Source: Candidatus Iainarchaeum sp. (GTDB lineage Archaea; Iainarchaeota; Iainarchaeia; Iainarchaeales; DTGL01). From it: a DNA stretch of 64,000 nt. The DNA lies in assembly GCA_026413945.1 (NCBI GenBank), contig JAOAJX010000006.1:1-64000 (forward strand), in the 5' to 3' direction. The position numbers and the translations under genes were made by a program. Positions 36,413 to 45,833 of this stretch are shown here, in pieces; position 1 is the first letter of the stretch; every line of letters starts with the position of its first letter. Under the pieces are notes generated by a model. The model ran no database searches and was not told where the DNA came from. It saw only the letters and a list, made by a program, of their open reading frames with translations.

Positions 36413-37015
36413 ATGATGCGTATGAATTCAAAAGGGCAGGCTTTCTCAACATTCCAGCTGCTTATATCTGCAATAATTGCGCTGGCTATACTTGTGATCC
36501 TGCTTTCCGTGCTAGGAATAATTCCAAATCTTTTCAATATATCCCAGAATCCAGTGGATGCGATGGTTGACAAGATAAAAGATGCGAGGAACAAGCCAGC
36601 CGTGCCAGTACAAGGCGGTAAGGTAAATTTCACAAAGGACAACAGAACTGTTACAACTGAAAGCATAGCAAGTGTAAGTGGTGTTGGTCTTGAAAAAGAA
36701 CAAATATGCTTAAGCCCGGGCCAATTTATGGGCCAAGCAGAAATAATCAGCAAAGGCCAAGATGGTTCAAAAGAGAAGCAATGGACTGTAGTAGAGGATG
36801 GTTCAAGGATAACTTACAATAAGGACAATGTGCAGACAACATTTACAGTTATTTGCCATTCTTCAGCGACAAGGCTCAAGACTTACATTGAAGAGGATCT
36901 TCCAGAGATAAAGGTAGAGTGGATGGACAGCGGCTCTTTTAAGTGCAAGTGCCTTGATAATGAGCAATTCAAGGAGCAGCCATGTTGCCTAATAGTGCTT
37001 AAATACTCTAGCTAA
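36413..37015 (+). CDS. Class III signal peptide pilin (candidate major pilin)
   Basis: NSKG-QAFSTFQLLISAIIALAILVILL, the canonical [K/R]G-Q processing site; own promoter; C-terminal Cys. Confidence 0.75.
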   Translation: MMRMNSKGQAFSTFQLLISAIIALAILVILLSVLGIIPNLFNISQNPVDAMVDKIKDARNKPAVPVQGGKVNFTKDNRTVTTESIASVSGVGLEKEQICLSPGQFMGQAEIISKGQDGSKEKQWTVVEDGSRITYNKDNVQTTFTVICHSSATRLKTYIEEDLPEIKVEWMDSGSFKCKCLDNEQFKEQPCCLIVLKYSS

Positions 37016-37028
37016 AAGGCTATGAAAG

Positions 37029-37679
37029 ATGGCCAAAAAAAGCGCATCTAAGAAAAAAAGCCCCAATACTTTTATAGGACACTCTTGGCAAAGATTTAGC
37101 AAACAGAGCTTGAAGAAAGAGCTTTTGGCATCAGCAAAGTTTCTAATTTTTTTTCTGATTTCTTTTTCCATTATTTTCATTATTTTTTCTTTTCTGCCAA
37201 TAGAAATTTTCGAATTTTTCACAGCAAAGATATCTGCAGCAATTCTCGAAGCCGTGGGCTATTCTACCAAAATAATAACCGATGAACCCGTAAAGATTAT
37301 TGTGAACTCTAAACACACGATTGAGATAAGCTACCTATGCACAGGAATTATTGAAACTATCGTGGTTGTAAGTGCGGTTGCAGCATCACTTGGAATAAGT
37401 CTCAAGAAAAGGCTCATTGGTGCTTTGGCAGGAGCTATTTTTGTGAATGTGCTTAATATATTAAGGATAATTGTAACAATCGTTGCAATATCGAATCTGA
37501 AAGATATTGGCTTTGTGGATTTTATACATAATGTGCTTTTCAGGGCAACTCTTTTTGTGGGCATCGCTGTTTATTATGCTGTCTGGTTTTTTGCCTCAAC
37601 AAGAAGCTTTAATCCAATAGCACGTTTTAAGCTATGGCTTTTCCCTAAAATAAATTGTAGAAGAAACAAAAAACAATAA
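37029..37679 (+). CDS. Exosortase/archaeosortase family transpeptidase
   Basis: Multi-TM protein with IEISYLCTGIIE (catalytic Cys), NILRI (Arg) and FIHN (His) in the expected order. Confidence 0.85.
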   Translation: MAKKSASKKKSPNTFIGHSWQRFSKQSLKKELLASAKFLIFFLISFSIIFIIFSFLPIEIFEFFTAKISAAILEAVGYSTKIITDEPVKIIVNSKHTIEISYLCTGIIETIVVVSAVAASLGISLKKRLIGALAGAIFVNVLNILRIIVTIVAISNLKDIGFVDFIHNVLFRATLFVGIAVYYAVWFFASTRSFNPIARFKLWLFPKINCRRNKKQ

Positions 37680-37749
37680 TTATATTAATAACAATAGCAT
37701 TTCTTATTCATAAATCAGTATCTGGAATAAATATCTGGGGCGTAAAAGG

Positions 37750-40700
37750 ATGTTAACAGATAAGCTCGGCTCTATTTACGCAGGCATAGAGGAGAAATGG
37801 TTTGAGCTGCTTAAAGCACTGCAGGAAAAAGGCATTCCTGCGTATAGCTATGCTGAGTTCTTAGAAAGCAGGGGCATACCATCTTTGCCTTTTACAATAG
37901 CCATCATAATACTCCTTCTTGTAATTTTGTTTTCATTTTCTTTTGGGGGCGCATACACGGATGTGAGCTTAACTGTTACAATAAGGGATGATCAGGGGCA
38001 ATCGCTAAGTGATGTCAAGCTCGAATTATATAATGACGATGGGCAAACACTTAAAAGTGAAACTGTGCAAAGTGGTTACAAGATTGAACTTAAAAGAGTT
38101 AAGATTGGCTCAACCATAACAGCATCTGCTTCAAAATCTGGTTACAGAAGTGCTTCGGCCGAAAAAGAGATAAATTCCAAAACCGCAACTATAAGCATAA
38201 CACTTAAGAGAGAGGCAAGGCTTGTTTCTGCAAAAGTCCGGCTCATCGATGAGCTTACCTCAACCTTGATCAGAGATGCGAGGTGCGAAGTTTCTTTTGA
38301 TAAGAATACATTAGGCATTACTAGAGACTATGATGGCTTGTTTTTGGTAAATGTGCCACAGAAAACAGATGTGGTGCTAAAATGCACAGCTAATGGCTAT
38401 GAAGACCTTCAGGAAGCAATGCGATTTGATGACGGTGAAATCAAAGTAGTAAAGTTGAAGCCAAAATCGGTTGATGTTAATTTAAGCACTCTACTGATAA
38501 GCGTATATGACGAGGAAACAAAGCAGCTTATAAAAGGGACAAGCATTCGCATTATAAACTCATCAACAGGCGTCACGATAACAGACATTAATTCACAGAG
38601 CGGCGATTATACTGAAAAGATAAAGATAAACACCCAGGTTAGGATAATTGTAGAAAAAGCAGGTTATATGAGCTATGTTGAAGATTTCACCATAAGAACC
38701 GCAGAGGTTGTTAAGAAAATATACTTAAAAAAAGGCGGTGCACAACTTATAGTAAATGTTACCTCAAAGGATGGCATTGTGCAAGTAAATGCTGATGTTT
38801 CGCTTTTTGACTCAAACTTCCAACTCGTTTCTGCAAAAAAAACTGCCGTTTTAGGGAATGCTGCTTTTGATGGTATTGATCCAAACAGGGATTATTATTT
38901 TAATGCATTCAAAGAAGGTTTTCTGCCGGCTTATGGAAGAATAAGTGCAGGGACCAAAAGCTTGGATATTAAACTTGAAAAGCCAACAGCACAAAATTCT
39001 GCATTGGTGAAAATAACAGTTAGGAACAGCTCAGGCAATATTACAAACAATGCAGCGCTGAAATATTATCGCATTATAAATGCATTCAAGATTCCTCTTG
39101 GCATTCCTGTGAGAAAAACAGGGCTTACAGGCACAATTATAGAAACCCTTCCAGAGGGTACATTCCTTATAGCTGCCGAGACTGAAGTAGAGTATGGTGA
39201 AAAGGAAATAACAGTGATGGCAGGCATCGACCAACAGGTTGACATAAACATGTCAAGAAAGCCAAACTTTGTTGAGCTTCGATTAATTGATGGGAATGGA
39301 ATGCCTTTGAAGGGAGAAGTTATTGTAAAGAGCAAAAGCGGAAAGACACTTTTTGCTGGAAATGTAAATGGGGGCGCGATTTTTGACAGTGAGATGAATG
39401 AAAGCTTTTTGGTGAGCGTGAAAACGCCTGATGGCAAAACATTTGAGCAGGAAGTAAGGGTTGGCGCAAACAATGTTGCTGAAGTCCGATTAGGGGCTGA
39501 TAAAAAGGAACTAACAGATGGTGTCAAGCCCATAATAGAGTTTGCTGGAGTTTTTGATTCTGGAGGAAAAAGCATTGAAGGAGTTACGGCTGGGGAGTTT
39601 GCTTGGCTGCGTTTCAATGTCAGTTTTCCCCAGGGTGAGAAAACAGGCATACATATAAGGGTTGGGCCTGATAGCATTGCGTCTGCCGATGCCCAAGAGA
39701 TTGGAATTTTTGGTTTTGATGGAAATGCAAGCAGCTTTGTGTATGGCAAAAGCTATCAGGCACCTTTAGGTGAACAAAAGGATCTTGCAAGCAAAGGTGC
39801 AGCGAATGAGAGAAACAAATGGCTTGAGCTTTACTTTAACAAAGCACCATCGCAAACAGCAGTAAGCATAAAGGTAAAAACAGATAATATAAGCAGAGAA
39901 AAAGACTTTGAAGTACACTACAGAGCTTGGAGCGAAATAGGTACAAAAGTATTCAGAGACCCTGCAGACAGCGTGCTTGGAAATGAGAAAACAAGCAATG
40001 CAAAGCAAGCGCTTTATGCTGAAACAAAGATTGCAAGAGTAAAGGTATTTGAAGGAAAAGCAAGCTGCTCTGAAGAACTCTGCATAGCTCTTGCTTTAAT
40101 AGACTCAAACAATGTGAAGGTTAAAGAAGATGGTTTCTCTGCAGTTGAGGGTCAAACATATGCTCTAGAAATCTCTGTAAATTCTGGCAAAAAGATGAGT
40201 GCTGAAATTGTAGTAAGAAGCGAAAACTCAAATGTATTGCTTTCAGAGCTTACCGAAGATGTGTTGTCCTTTAGCCCGAAGGGAGAATTTTCAAAGACTG
40301 AGTTAAGGGGCTCCTTAAAACTCGAGGCAAATTCTTCAAAAATTGTAAGGGCTTACTTCAAAGGCAAGTCAGCCGGTACAGCAACGCTTGAGGCCCTTGT
40401 TAGGAGCGGAGACCTGAACGCAAATAAAAAGATAAGTTTCAATGTAACTGGAAGCAAAGAAATGCTTGCTGAAATTTATAAGAAAGGTGAAATAAAGGCA
40501 GGTGAAAAGCTAAGAGTTACCTTAAGGGATTCTGAAACAAAGGATCCCATCACAAATGCTTTTGTTTCAATAACAAGGGAAGGTGAGGTGCTTTTAAGCA
40601 CTACTGGAAACAACACAAATGAAAACGGTGCAAATGGCATTTATGTCTTGGGTATAGATAAGCTAAGCCCGGGAAAGTATGTGCTGACAGCTAAGGCAGT

Positions 40701-43700
40701 TGGTTACAAAGATGCTTCTTTCCCAATAGTAATTTCAGCAGAAAAGTTACTTTCAATAGAACCACAATTAGAAATAATGCTAAATAAGGGCGAGAAACAA
40801 AGAAGCGCAAAGCTGAAGCTTACAAATGGCTCATTTGATGTTATAGATAAGCTTGGTTATGAAGTAAAAGGCCTAAGCGGGGATACAAGCGATTTTAACA
40901 TCATAGTTGCTCTGCCTCCAAAAATAGATGTCAGCAGAACCATTGATATTGAAGTGGTTGCCATATATAAAGGAGATGTTGAGAAAAGAGCATATGCTGA
41001 ATTTGAACTTATTGTTAGTGGATCTGAAAACCCAGTAGTAACTGCAAAAAGCAAAATAAAGGTTTCATACAATAAAGAGATTCCACCAGAGTGCATTGAG
41101 ATTGACAAAAGTGAGGCTGAGATGCATTTCTCAGGAATTGCTGGCTCAGCTGAAGTCTTGCCTTTGACAATAACATACAAAAATGAAGCCTTTTGCAATA
41201 AGCCGCTTACATTCACGCCCAAGATGAAAAGCGATGATGATAAGCTTGTGCTAAGTGCACAGCCCTTCACCATAGTGCCTGGTGAAAATAAGACTATTGA
41301 GCTGAAAATAACAAACAATGCAGAAAGAGTGGGTGTGTTTGAGCAAAAAGTAGAAGCTACGGTATTCCTAGAAGCACCCGAGGTTACGAAAAGCATTAGC
41401 TTGGGGATATTATTTACAGATCCTGCTTATGCGCTCCAGACGAATGATAACATACCGATATTCATGAGTTTTGATGTTGCAAAAGGCAGCTTTAGCGGAA
41501 CAGCACCTTTGTTTGCGAAGAACTTTGGCAAAAAGGTTATTGAAAATATAAGGTGGAGCGTTAAGCCACCACAGCAGATTGAAATTTATATAACTTCTAC
41601 AACCGGCAGTGGTAGTGGACAGCCACAGAACATTCCCAACCAGCAAATGCCTGGAATGCAAAATTTCATGCAAGCACCAAACACGCCTTACATACAAGGA
41701 AACCCTTCAATGGCCGGAACCCAGTTTGCTGTAACCCTTGCTCCAGGCGAAGAAATGGAACCAAAAACAGTATTGGCAACAAGCACTGCAGCTAACCTCA
41801 CAAGAGGGCCTCACAAGGGCGAGATAATACTGACTGGAACTGTCGATGGCAAGCAGTTCCAAAAAGTAGTTTCGATATGGGTATTTGTTTCAACAGCACA
41901 ATGCATAAAAGTTGCCCCAGCTGATGAGCTTTACTTCTCAAGTGAGGATTCATCTCAGGGTGTAATAGCAAAGAAGATAACAATAAAGAACGAATGCGGA
42001 GAAGTAGCCAGGAACTTTATCCTAAAGCCCCAAAACCTTGGAAACAACACTTTGAGCATAACACTTCTTGGCAATAAGGACTTTTTGTATCCTGATGAAA
42101 GTGCACAAGCACAAATAGTTCTTACAAAGCGCGGTGATTACTTCAATGCTCAAAGGCCTGATAACATAATTGTTAGTGTTTTCCTAGTAAATAGCCAGAA
42201 ATTTGTTGATTCTAATCCCTTGCCTGTGCTTATTGAAGTAGGAAAGAAGCCAGATGTATCTGCTGGTCCAGTTTATAAAGAAGTGCAAATACCTGTTTGC
42301 GGCGAAACATCTTCAGTTAAAAAATCAGTCCAGTTCCCTGTAATGAGTGCAGATATTGGCTGTGATTCTGGCTACTGCGACGCAGTGCAGCTTTCTGGCT
42401 ATATTGTGGAGCGCATAAAAGGTGTGATGCAAAAAGTTGACAAAGTGCTGCAGCAAAACGATTTGGTGAGCAGCTATGCTATGTGCAGCCAGTTGGAAGG
42501 CTTCTGCAGCTTTTCTGCAATGGGCATAGTGCCTGAAGTTTACACAGTTTATATGAGAAATGATTCTTTTGGAAAAGAAGTTCTGCAAAGAAGGGTTGAA
42601 AGCTCAAAGGAGTTTGCAACATTTGTAACAGAATATTTCCAAGGCGATGTTAGTGAGATAGTAAAGAGCGCAACTGGTTTCACAACAAGCAAAATATTCA
42701 TGACAAAGCCTCTTGTTGGCTGCGGTCGCTATAAGATATCAATACAAGGCGCTGTGCAGAATATTCAAGGGCGTTTGTCAAGAGAAAACTACTTTATACT
42801 TGTAAAAATTGTTGAAGATAGGAAAGTTACGCCTGAGTGCATGATGCGTATCCAAAACATTGCAAATTTCTTACCATTAGATCGTGGGCTTGCTGCTGAC
42901 AAACATTATAATACCTGGCTCGGAACAACCGAGGGTTTGGATGCCACACGTAAAGCAGCTGAGCTTTTTGCACAAAAGCTTTTTGATGATAAGAGCAGAG
43001 TTAATGTTGCATATCACACGAATAAGCTTAAAGTTATTCTCGGTGAAATACCTGAAAGCGGCATTGCAAAGATTTCAATGAACCAGGTATCGCAACAGCA
43101 GGCACAGCCTGCAACCCTTGGCGTTACAATAAATAAGCTTTATGTTACGCTTGACGAAAAGATGCAGGATGAAATGATTGCAAAAGCATCTGAAGCGCTT
43201 AAGCAACTCATGGAGGGCTCATTTACTGTTGAGGGCTGCATAACAAAGGATGACTCTGCACTTGTAATATCAAAGCTCGAGCACACCGGCGACCTTGACA
43301 TTGAGAAAGCATCAGACACAATTGAACTTTACTATAGTATGCCTATGTGCGTTGATATGAACGTAGTTAGCACAGTTCTTGAGCCGGTGGTGCTAAAAAC
43401 AAGCTTTGCTTCGATGAAAGACAATGAAAAAGCAGGTATTCAGGATGTTTGGATTGAAGTCGATGGCAAGAGAATTTCAGAGTACTCTGAAAGGCAGGAG
43501 GGGACGCCAATCACACTTGAAAAAGAGGGTGGAGAAGAAAGCAAAAAGTTTAAGAAAAGCTTTAAACTATGCGTAAAGGCAAATGATGCTTACTTTGAGC
43601 TTGCTGCAGGCAAGAAGATTGGTGTGAAAGCCAGAAGCGTTATATTTGCAACTAAGGAGATGCGCTCATGGAAGGAAGTAACACTTGAGCTTTGTGGGAT

Positions 43701-45828
43701 ACACCCATATAAGCTAATTCAAAAGATGTCTAATGAAAAAGTAGAGCCTGGCAAAAGCAAGGTTTTTTATGCAACGGTTGGCTGGAAAGGCGAGCCAAAT
43801 GAGATTGACTTTGCTGCTACAACTAGGGGTTTGACTGCAAGCGATCGCTTGAAAAGAGCACAAGAGCTCATGGAAGATGTTGGCAAAGGCGGCCGCATTG
43901 ATGATTCGCCAATAGGCCAGAAAATATTGGGCCTGAAAAGGCAGGGTTATGGGCTTTATTTCGGTGCTTGCTTAGCCGTATCTTTCATCTGCCATGTAGT
44001 TACAGGTTTAGATCCTCTTGGCATTAGGGCTCTAATAAATGCCATGATCGACTGTTTGCCTGCAACAATAGGGGGGCTTTTTGGCACTACAAAAGCGGGG
44101 CAGGGGTTCCAAAAAGCTTTAAACGATGCTTGGGAAAAGGTTAAATCAAATCTTAGATGGTTCTATGCGCCATGGAGCAGCGGAAAGGCAACTCCAAATA
44201 CAGAAGCGGGGCTTTATGGGCAAGCAATGGATGAATTCTGGGATAATGCAGTGCCTGCTGCAATATTGGGCTTTGAGGCAGATTGGCTTGCAACAGAATT
44301 GCGCTCTTATGTTTACTCAAGAGGTTGGGCAAACAAGACAATAGGTAGCACCGAAGCCATAGATACAATTGCTGAACAGATGGCAAAAGATGCAACACAA
44401 AAGTTTACCTCAAAGTATCTAAAAGGTGTTACGACGGCAGCATCGGATGATTTTATTAATGCTTTTACCCCTCAGTTACAGAGTTCATTACAAGAAAGCA
44501 TTTCAAGCACATTAAGAAAAAACAGCAGCATGACATTTGGAAAACTTATTCAAGATAAAGCGGTTATGCAAAGCATGTGGCAAAAGGCAACGTCGGATGA
44601 GAAAATAAAAACGCTTGTTTACAGCAAAGGGTTTGGCCGCGGAGCAGAAATAGAAAAACTTATTAGCAGCCACGCTGAAGATTTCCTTAGAAAAAGCGTT
44701 GATCCTAAAGATATAAAAGAAATTTTTGGCTCAAGCTCTGTCAGCCAAGAAGATCTCGCAAAGGCAATTGTAGATCAGATAGATAGCGCTGGATACAAAA
44801 CATATGGAGTTAGGTTAACAAAGGATGTGCGAAAAGGTCTAATTAGTTCAGCAAAAAAGGGTATTAGCAAGGGTCATATTTATGCAGATAGTATAGAGGG
44901 ACAAGTGAATAATGCCTTAAAACACATACATATGGATAGAAGTAATGAGCTCATGCAAATTTATGGGCAAAATGTACTTGACAATCTTGATGATGTAATG
45001 GCCCAACCAAAGCAGCCCGGGGCTTTTAAGAGAATGATTGAGGCAATGAAAACAAGGAGCTTTTGGGCACGCTTGGCAAAAAGCATTGCCTGTGGCGCTG
45101 TTTCAAATGCTGCAGGATATGCTGCTTATTCAAGCCATGTAAAAGGCGGGATTGAAGAACTTATGGACAAGGGGTATATTCCAGAGGCGGGAGTCAGCGT
45201 TGGAGATCCTTCAAAGCTTATCAGCGGCTACACAGGCCCTAAACTTATGAAAAATAGGACTTACAAGATAACAATAAGCAAGGATGATTACGGAAACATA
45301 AGCTACAATCTTGAGCTTGTGGATACAGAAAAAGAAATAGAAGAAATGCGCGCTGCCATAAGCAAAAACCCTTCTGCACTGTGGCGCGAAGATTGTAAAG
45401 AGTACCGTGAAAAAGGCCTTTCTGAAATGGTCGGTTGCTTGGCACCAAAAACAGGTGATTACATAAAGCCAGAAGAGGTTGTCGCTTACTACAAAAACAG
45501 CGGCTTTATAAGGGAAGCTTCAATACAATTCAATGTGCACGAAGCGCTGATAATGGCTGCGCTTACAACAAGATTTGAAAACTTCGAGCCGTGCCCTGTA
45601 AACCAGAAATGGTACGAAGGCGAAGACAGTGAAAGAAAGCTCACCATAAAATGCGTAGCAATGCACATAAGTGAGAAGCTTGCAGCAAATCAGGATAATA
45701 TAAGGTCTGCATTTGAAGTCCTTAGCAAAGAAAGGTCTGCTGATAAAGCAAGAGCCTACGCGATGGATGTCGAAGCTAAATACAGGATGTGGAAAACATA
45801 CGACACATGCAAAGGAGAAGGGGGCTAA
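37750..45828 (+). CDS. Giant (2692 aa) membrane-anchored surface protein, paralog G1
   Basis: N-terminal amphipathic helices + TM; tandem carboxypeptidase-regulatory-like repeats (SKSGY, ANGY, EKAGY, KEGF); core motifs RDPADSVLGN..LYAET and YCDAVQ; C-terminal extension. Confidence 0.8.
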   Translation: MLTDKLGSIYAGIEEKWFELLKALQEKGIPAYSYAEFLESRGIPSLPFTIAIIILLLVILFSFSFGGAYTDVSLTVTIRDDQGQSLSDVKLELYNDDGQTLKSETVQSGYKIELKRVKIGSTITASASKSGYRSASAEKEINSKTATISITLKREARLVSAKVRLIDELTSTLIRDARCEVSFDKNTLGITRDYDGLFLVNVPQKTDVVLKCTANGYEDLQEAMRFDDGEIKVVKLKPKSVDVNLSTLLISVYDEETKQLIKGTSIRIINSSTGVTITDINSQSGDYTEKIKINTQVRIIVEKAGYMSYVEDFTIRTAEVVKKIYLKKGGAQLIVNVTSKDGIVQVNADVSLFDSNFQLVSAKKTAVLGNAAFDGIDPNRDYYFNAFKEGFLPAYGRISAGTKSLDIKLEKPTAQNSALVKITVRNSSGNITNNAALKYYRIINAFKIPLGIPVRKTGLTGTIIETLPEGTFLIAAETEVEYGEKEITVMAGIDQQVDINMSRKPNFVELRLIDGNGMPLKGEVIVKSKSGKTLFAGNVNGGAIFDSEMNESFLVSVKTPDGKTFEQEVRVGANNVAEVRLGADKKELTDGVKPIIEFAGVFDSGGKSIEGVTAGEFAWLRFNVSFPQGEKTGIHIRVGPDSIASADAQEIGIFGFDGNASSFVYGKSYQAPLGEQKDLASKGAANERNKWLELYFNKAPSQTAVSIKVKTDNISREKDFEVHYRAWSEIGTKVFRDPADSVLGNEKTSNAKQALYAETKIARVKVFEGKASCSEELCIALALIDSNNVKVKEDGFSAVEGQTYALEISVNSGKKMSAEIVVRSENSNVLLSELTEDVLSFSPKGEFSKTELRGSLKLEANSSKIVRAYFKGKSAGTATLEALVRSGDLNANKKISFNVTGSKEMLAEIYKKGEIKAGEKLRVTLRDSETKDPITNAFVSITREGEVLLSTTGNNTNENGANGIYVLGIDKLSPGKYVLTAKAVGYKDASFPIVISAEKLLSIEPQLEIMLNKGEKQRSAKLKLTNGSFDVIDKLGYEVKGLSGDTSDFNIIVALPPKIDVSRTIDIEVVAIYKGDVEKRAYAEFELIVSGSENPVVTAKSKIKVSYNKEIPPECIEIDKSEAEMHFSGIAGSAEVLPLTITYKNEAFCNKPLTFTPKMKSDDDKLVLSAQPFTIVPGENKTIELKITNNAERVGVFEQKVEATVFLEAPEVTKSISLGILFTDPAYALQTNDNIPIFMSFDVAKGSFSGTAPLFAKNFGKKVIENIRWSVKPPQQIEIYITSTTGSGSGQPQNIPNQQMPGMQNFMQAPNTPYIQGNPSMAGTQFAVTLAPGEEMEPKTVLATSTAANLTRGPHKGEIILTGTVDGKQFQKVVSIWVFVSTAQCIKVAPADELYFSSEDSSQGVIAKKITIKNECGEVARNFILKPQNLGNNTLSITLLGNKDFLYPDESAQAQIVLTKRGDYFNAQRPDNIIVSVFLVNSQKFVDSNPLPVLIEVGKKPDVSAGPVYKEVQIPVCGETSSVKKSVQFPVMSADIGCDSGYCDAVQLSGYIVERIKGVMQKVDKVLQQNDLVSSYAMCSQLEGFCSFSAMGIVPEVYTVYMRNDSFGKEVLQRRVESSKEFATFVTEYFQGDVSEIVKSATGFTTSKIFMTKPLVGCGRYKISIQGAVQNIQGRLSRENYFILVKIVEDRKVTPECMMRIQNIANFLPLDRGLAADKHYNTWLGTTEGLDATRKAAELFAQKLFDDKSRVNVAYHTNKLKVILGEIPESGIAKISMNQVSQQQAQPATLGVTINKLYVTLDEKMQDEMIAKASEALKQLMEGSFTVEGCITKDDSALVISKLEHTGDLDIEKASDTIELYYSMPMCVDMNVVSTVLEPVVLKTSFASMKDNEKAGIQDVWIEVDGKRISEYSERQEGTPITLEKEGGEESKKFKKSFKLCVKANDAYFELAAGKKIGVKARSVIFATKEMRSWKEVTLELCGIHPYKLIQKMSNEKVEPGKSKVFYATVGWKGEPNEIDFAATTRGLTASDRLKRAQELMEDVGKGGRIDDSPIGQKILGLKRQGYGLYFGACLAVSFICHVVTGLDPLGIRALINAMIDCLPATIGGLFGTTKAGQGFQKALNDAWEKVKSNLRWFYAPWSSGKATPNTEAGLYGQAMDEFWDNAVPAAILGFEADWLATELRSYVYSRGWANKTIGSTEAIDTIAEQMAKDATQKFTSKYLKGVTTAASDDFINAFTPQLQSSLQESISSTLRKNSSMTFGKLIQDKAVMQSMWQKATSDEKIKTLVYSKGFGRGAEIEKLISSHAEDFLRKSVDPKDIKEIFGSSSVSQEDLAKAIVDQIDSAGYKTYGVRLTKDVRKGLISSAKKGISKGHIYADSIEGQVNNALKHIHMDRSNELMQIYGQNVLDNLDDVMAQPKQPGAFKRMIEAMKTRSFWARLAKSIACGAVSNAAGYAAYSSHVKGGIEELMDKGYIPEAGVSVGDPSKLISGYTGPKLMKNRTYKITISKDDYGNISYNLELVDTEKEIEEMRAAISKNPSALWREDCKEYREKGLSEMVGCLAPKTGDYIKPEEVVAYYKNSGFIREASIQFNVHEALIMAALTTRFENFEPCPVNQKWYEGEDSERKLTIKCVAMHISEKLAANQDNIRSAFEVLSKERSADKARAYAMDVEAKYRMWKTYDTCKGEGG

Positions 45829-45833
45829 TTTAA

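Noticed and set aside
31235-37015. Archaellum (arl/fla) operon or conjugative T4SS
   Set aside because: No archaellin-type G.GTLI.FIA N-terminus, no ArlH, and no VirB4/VirD4/relaxase recognised; a generic T4P/Tad-like assignment fits better.
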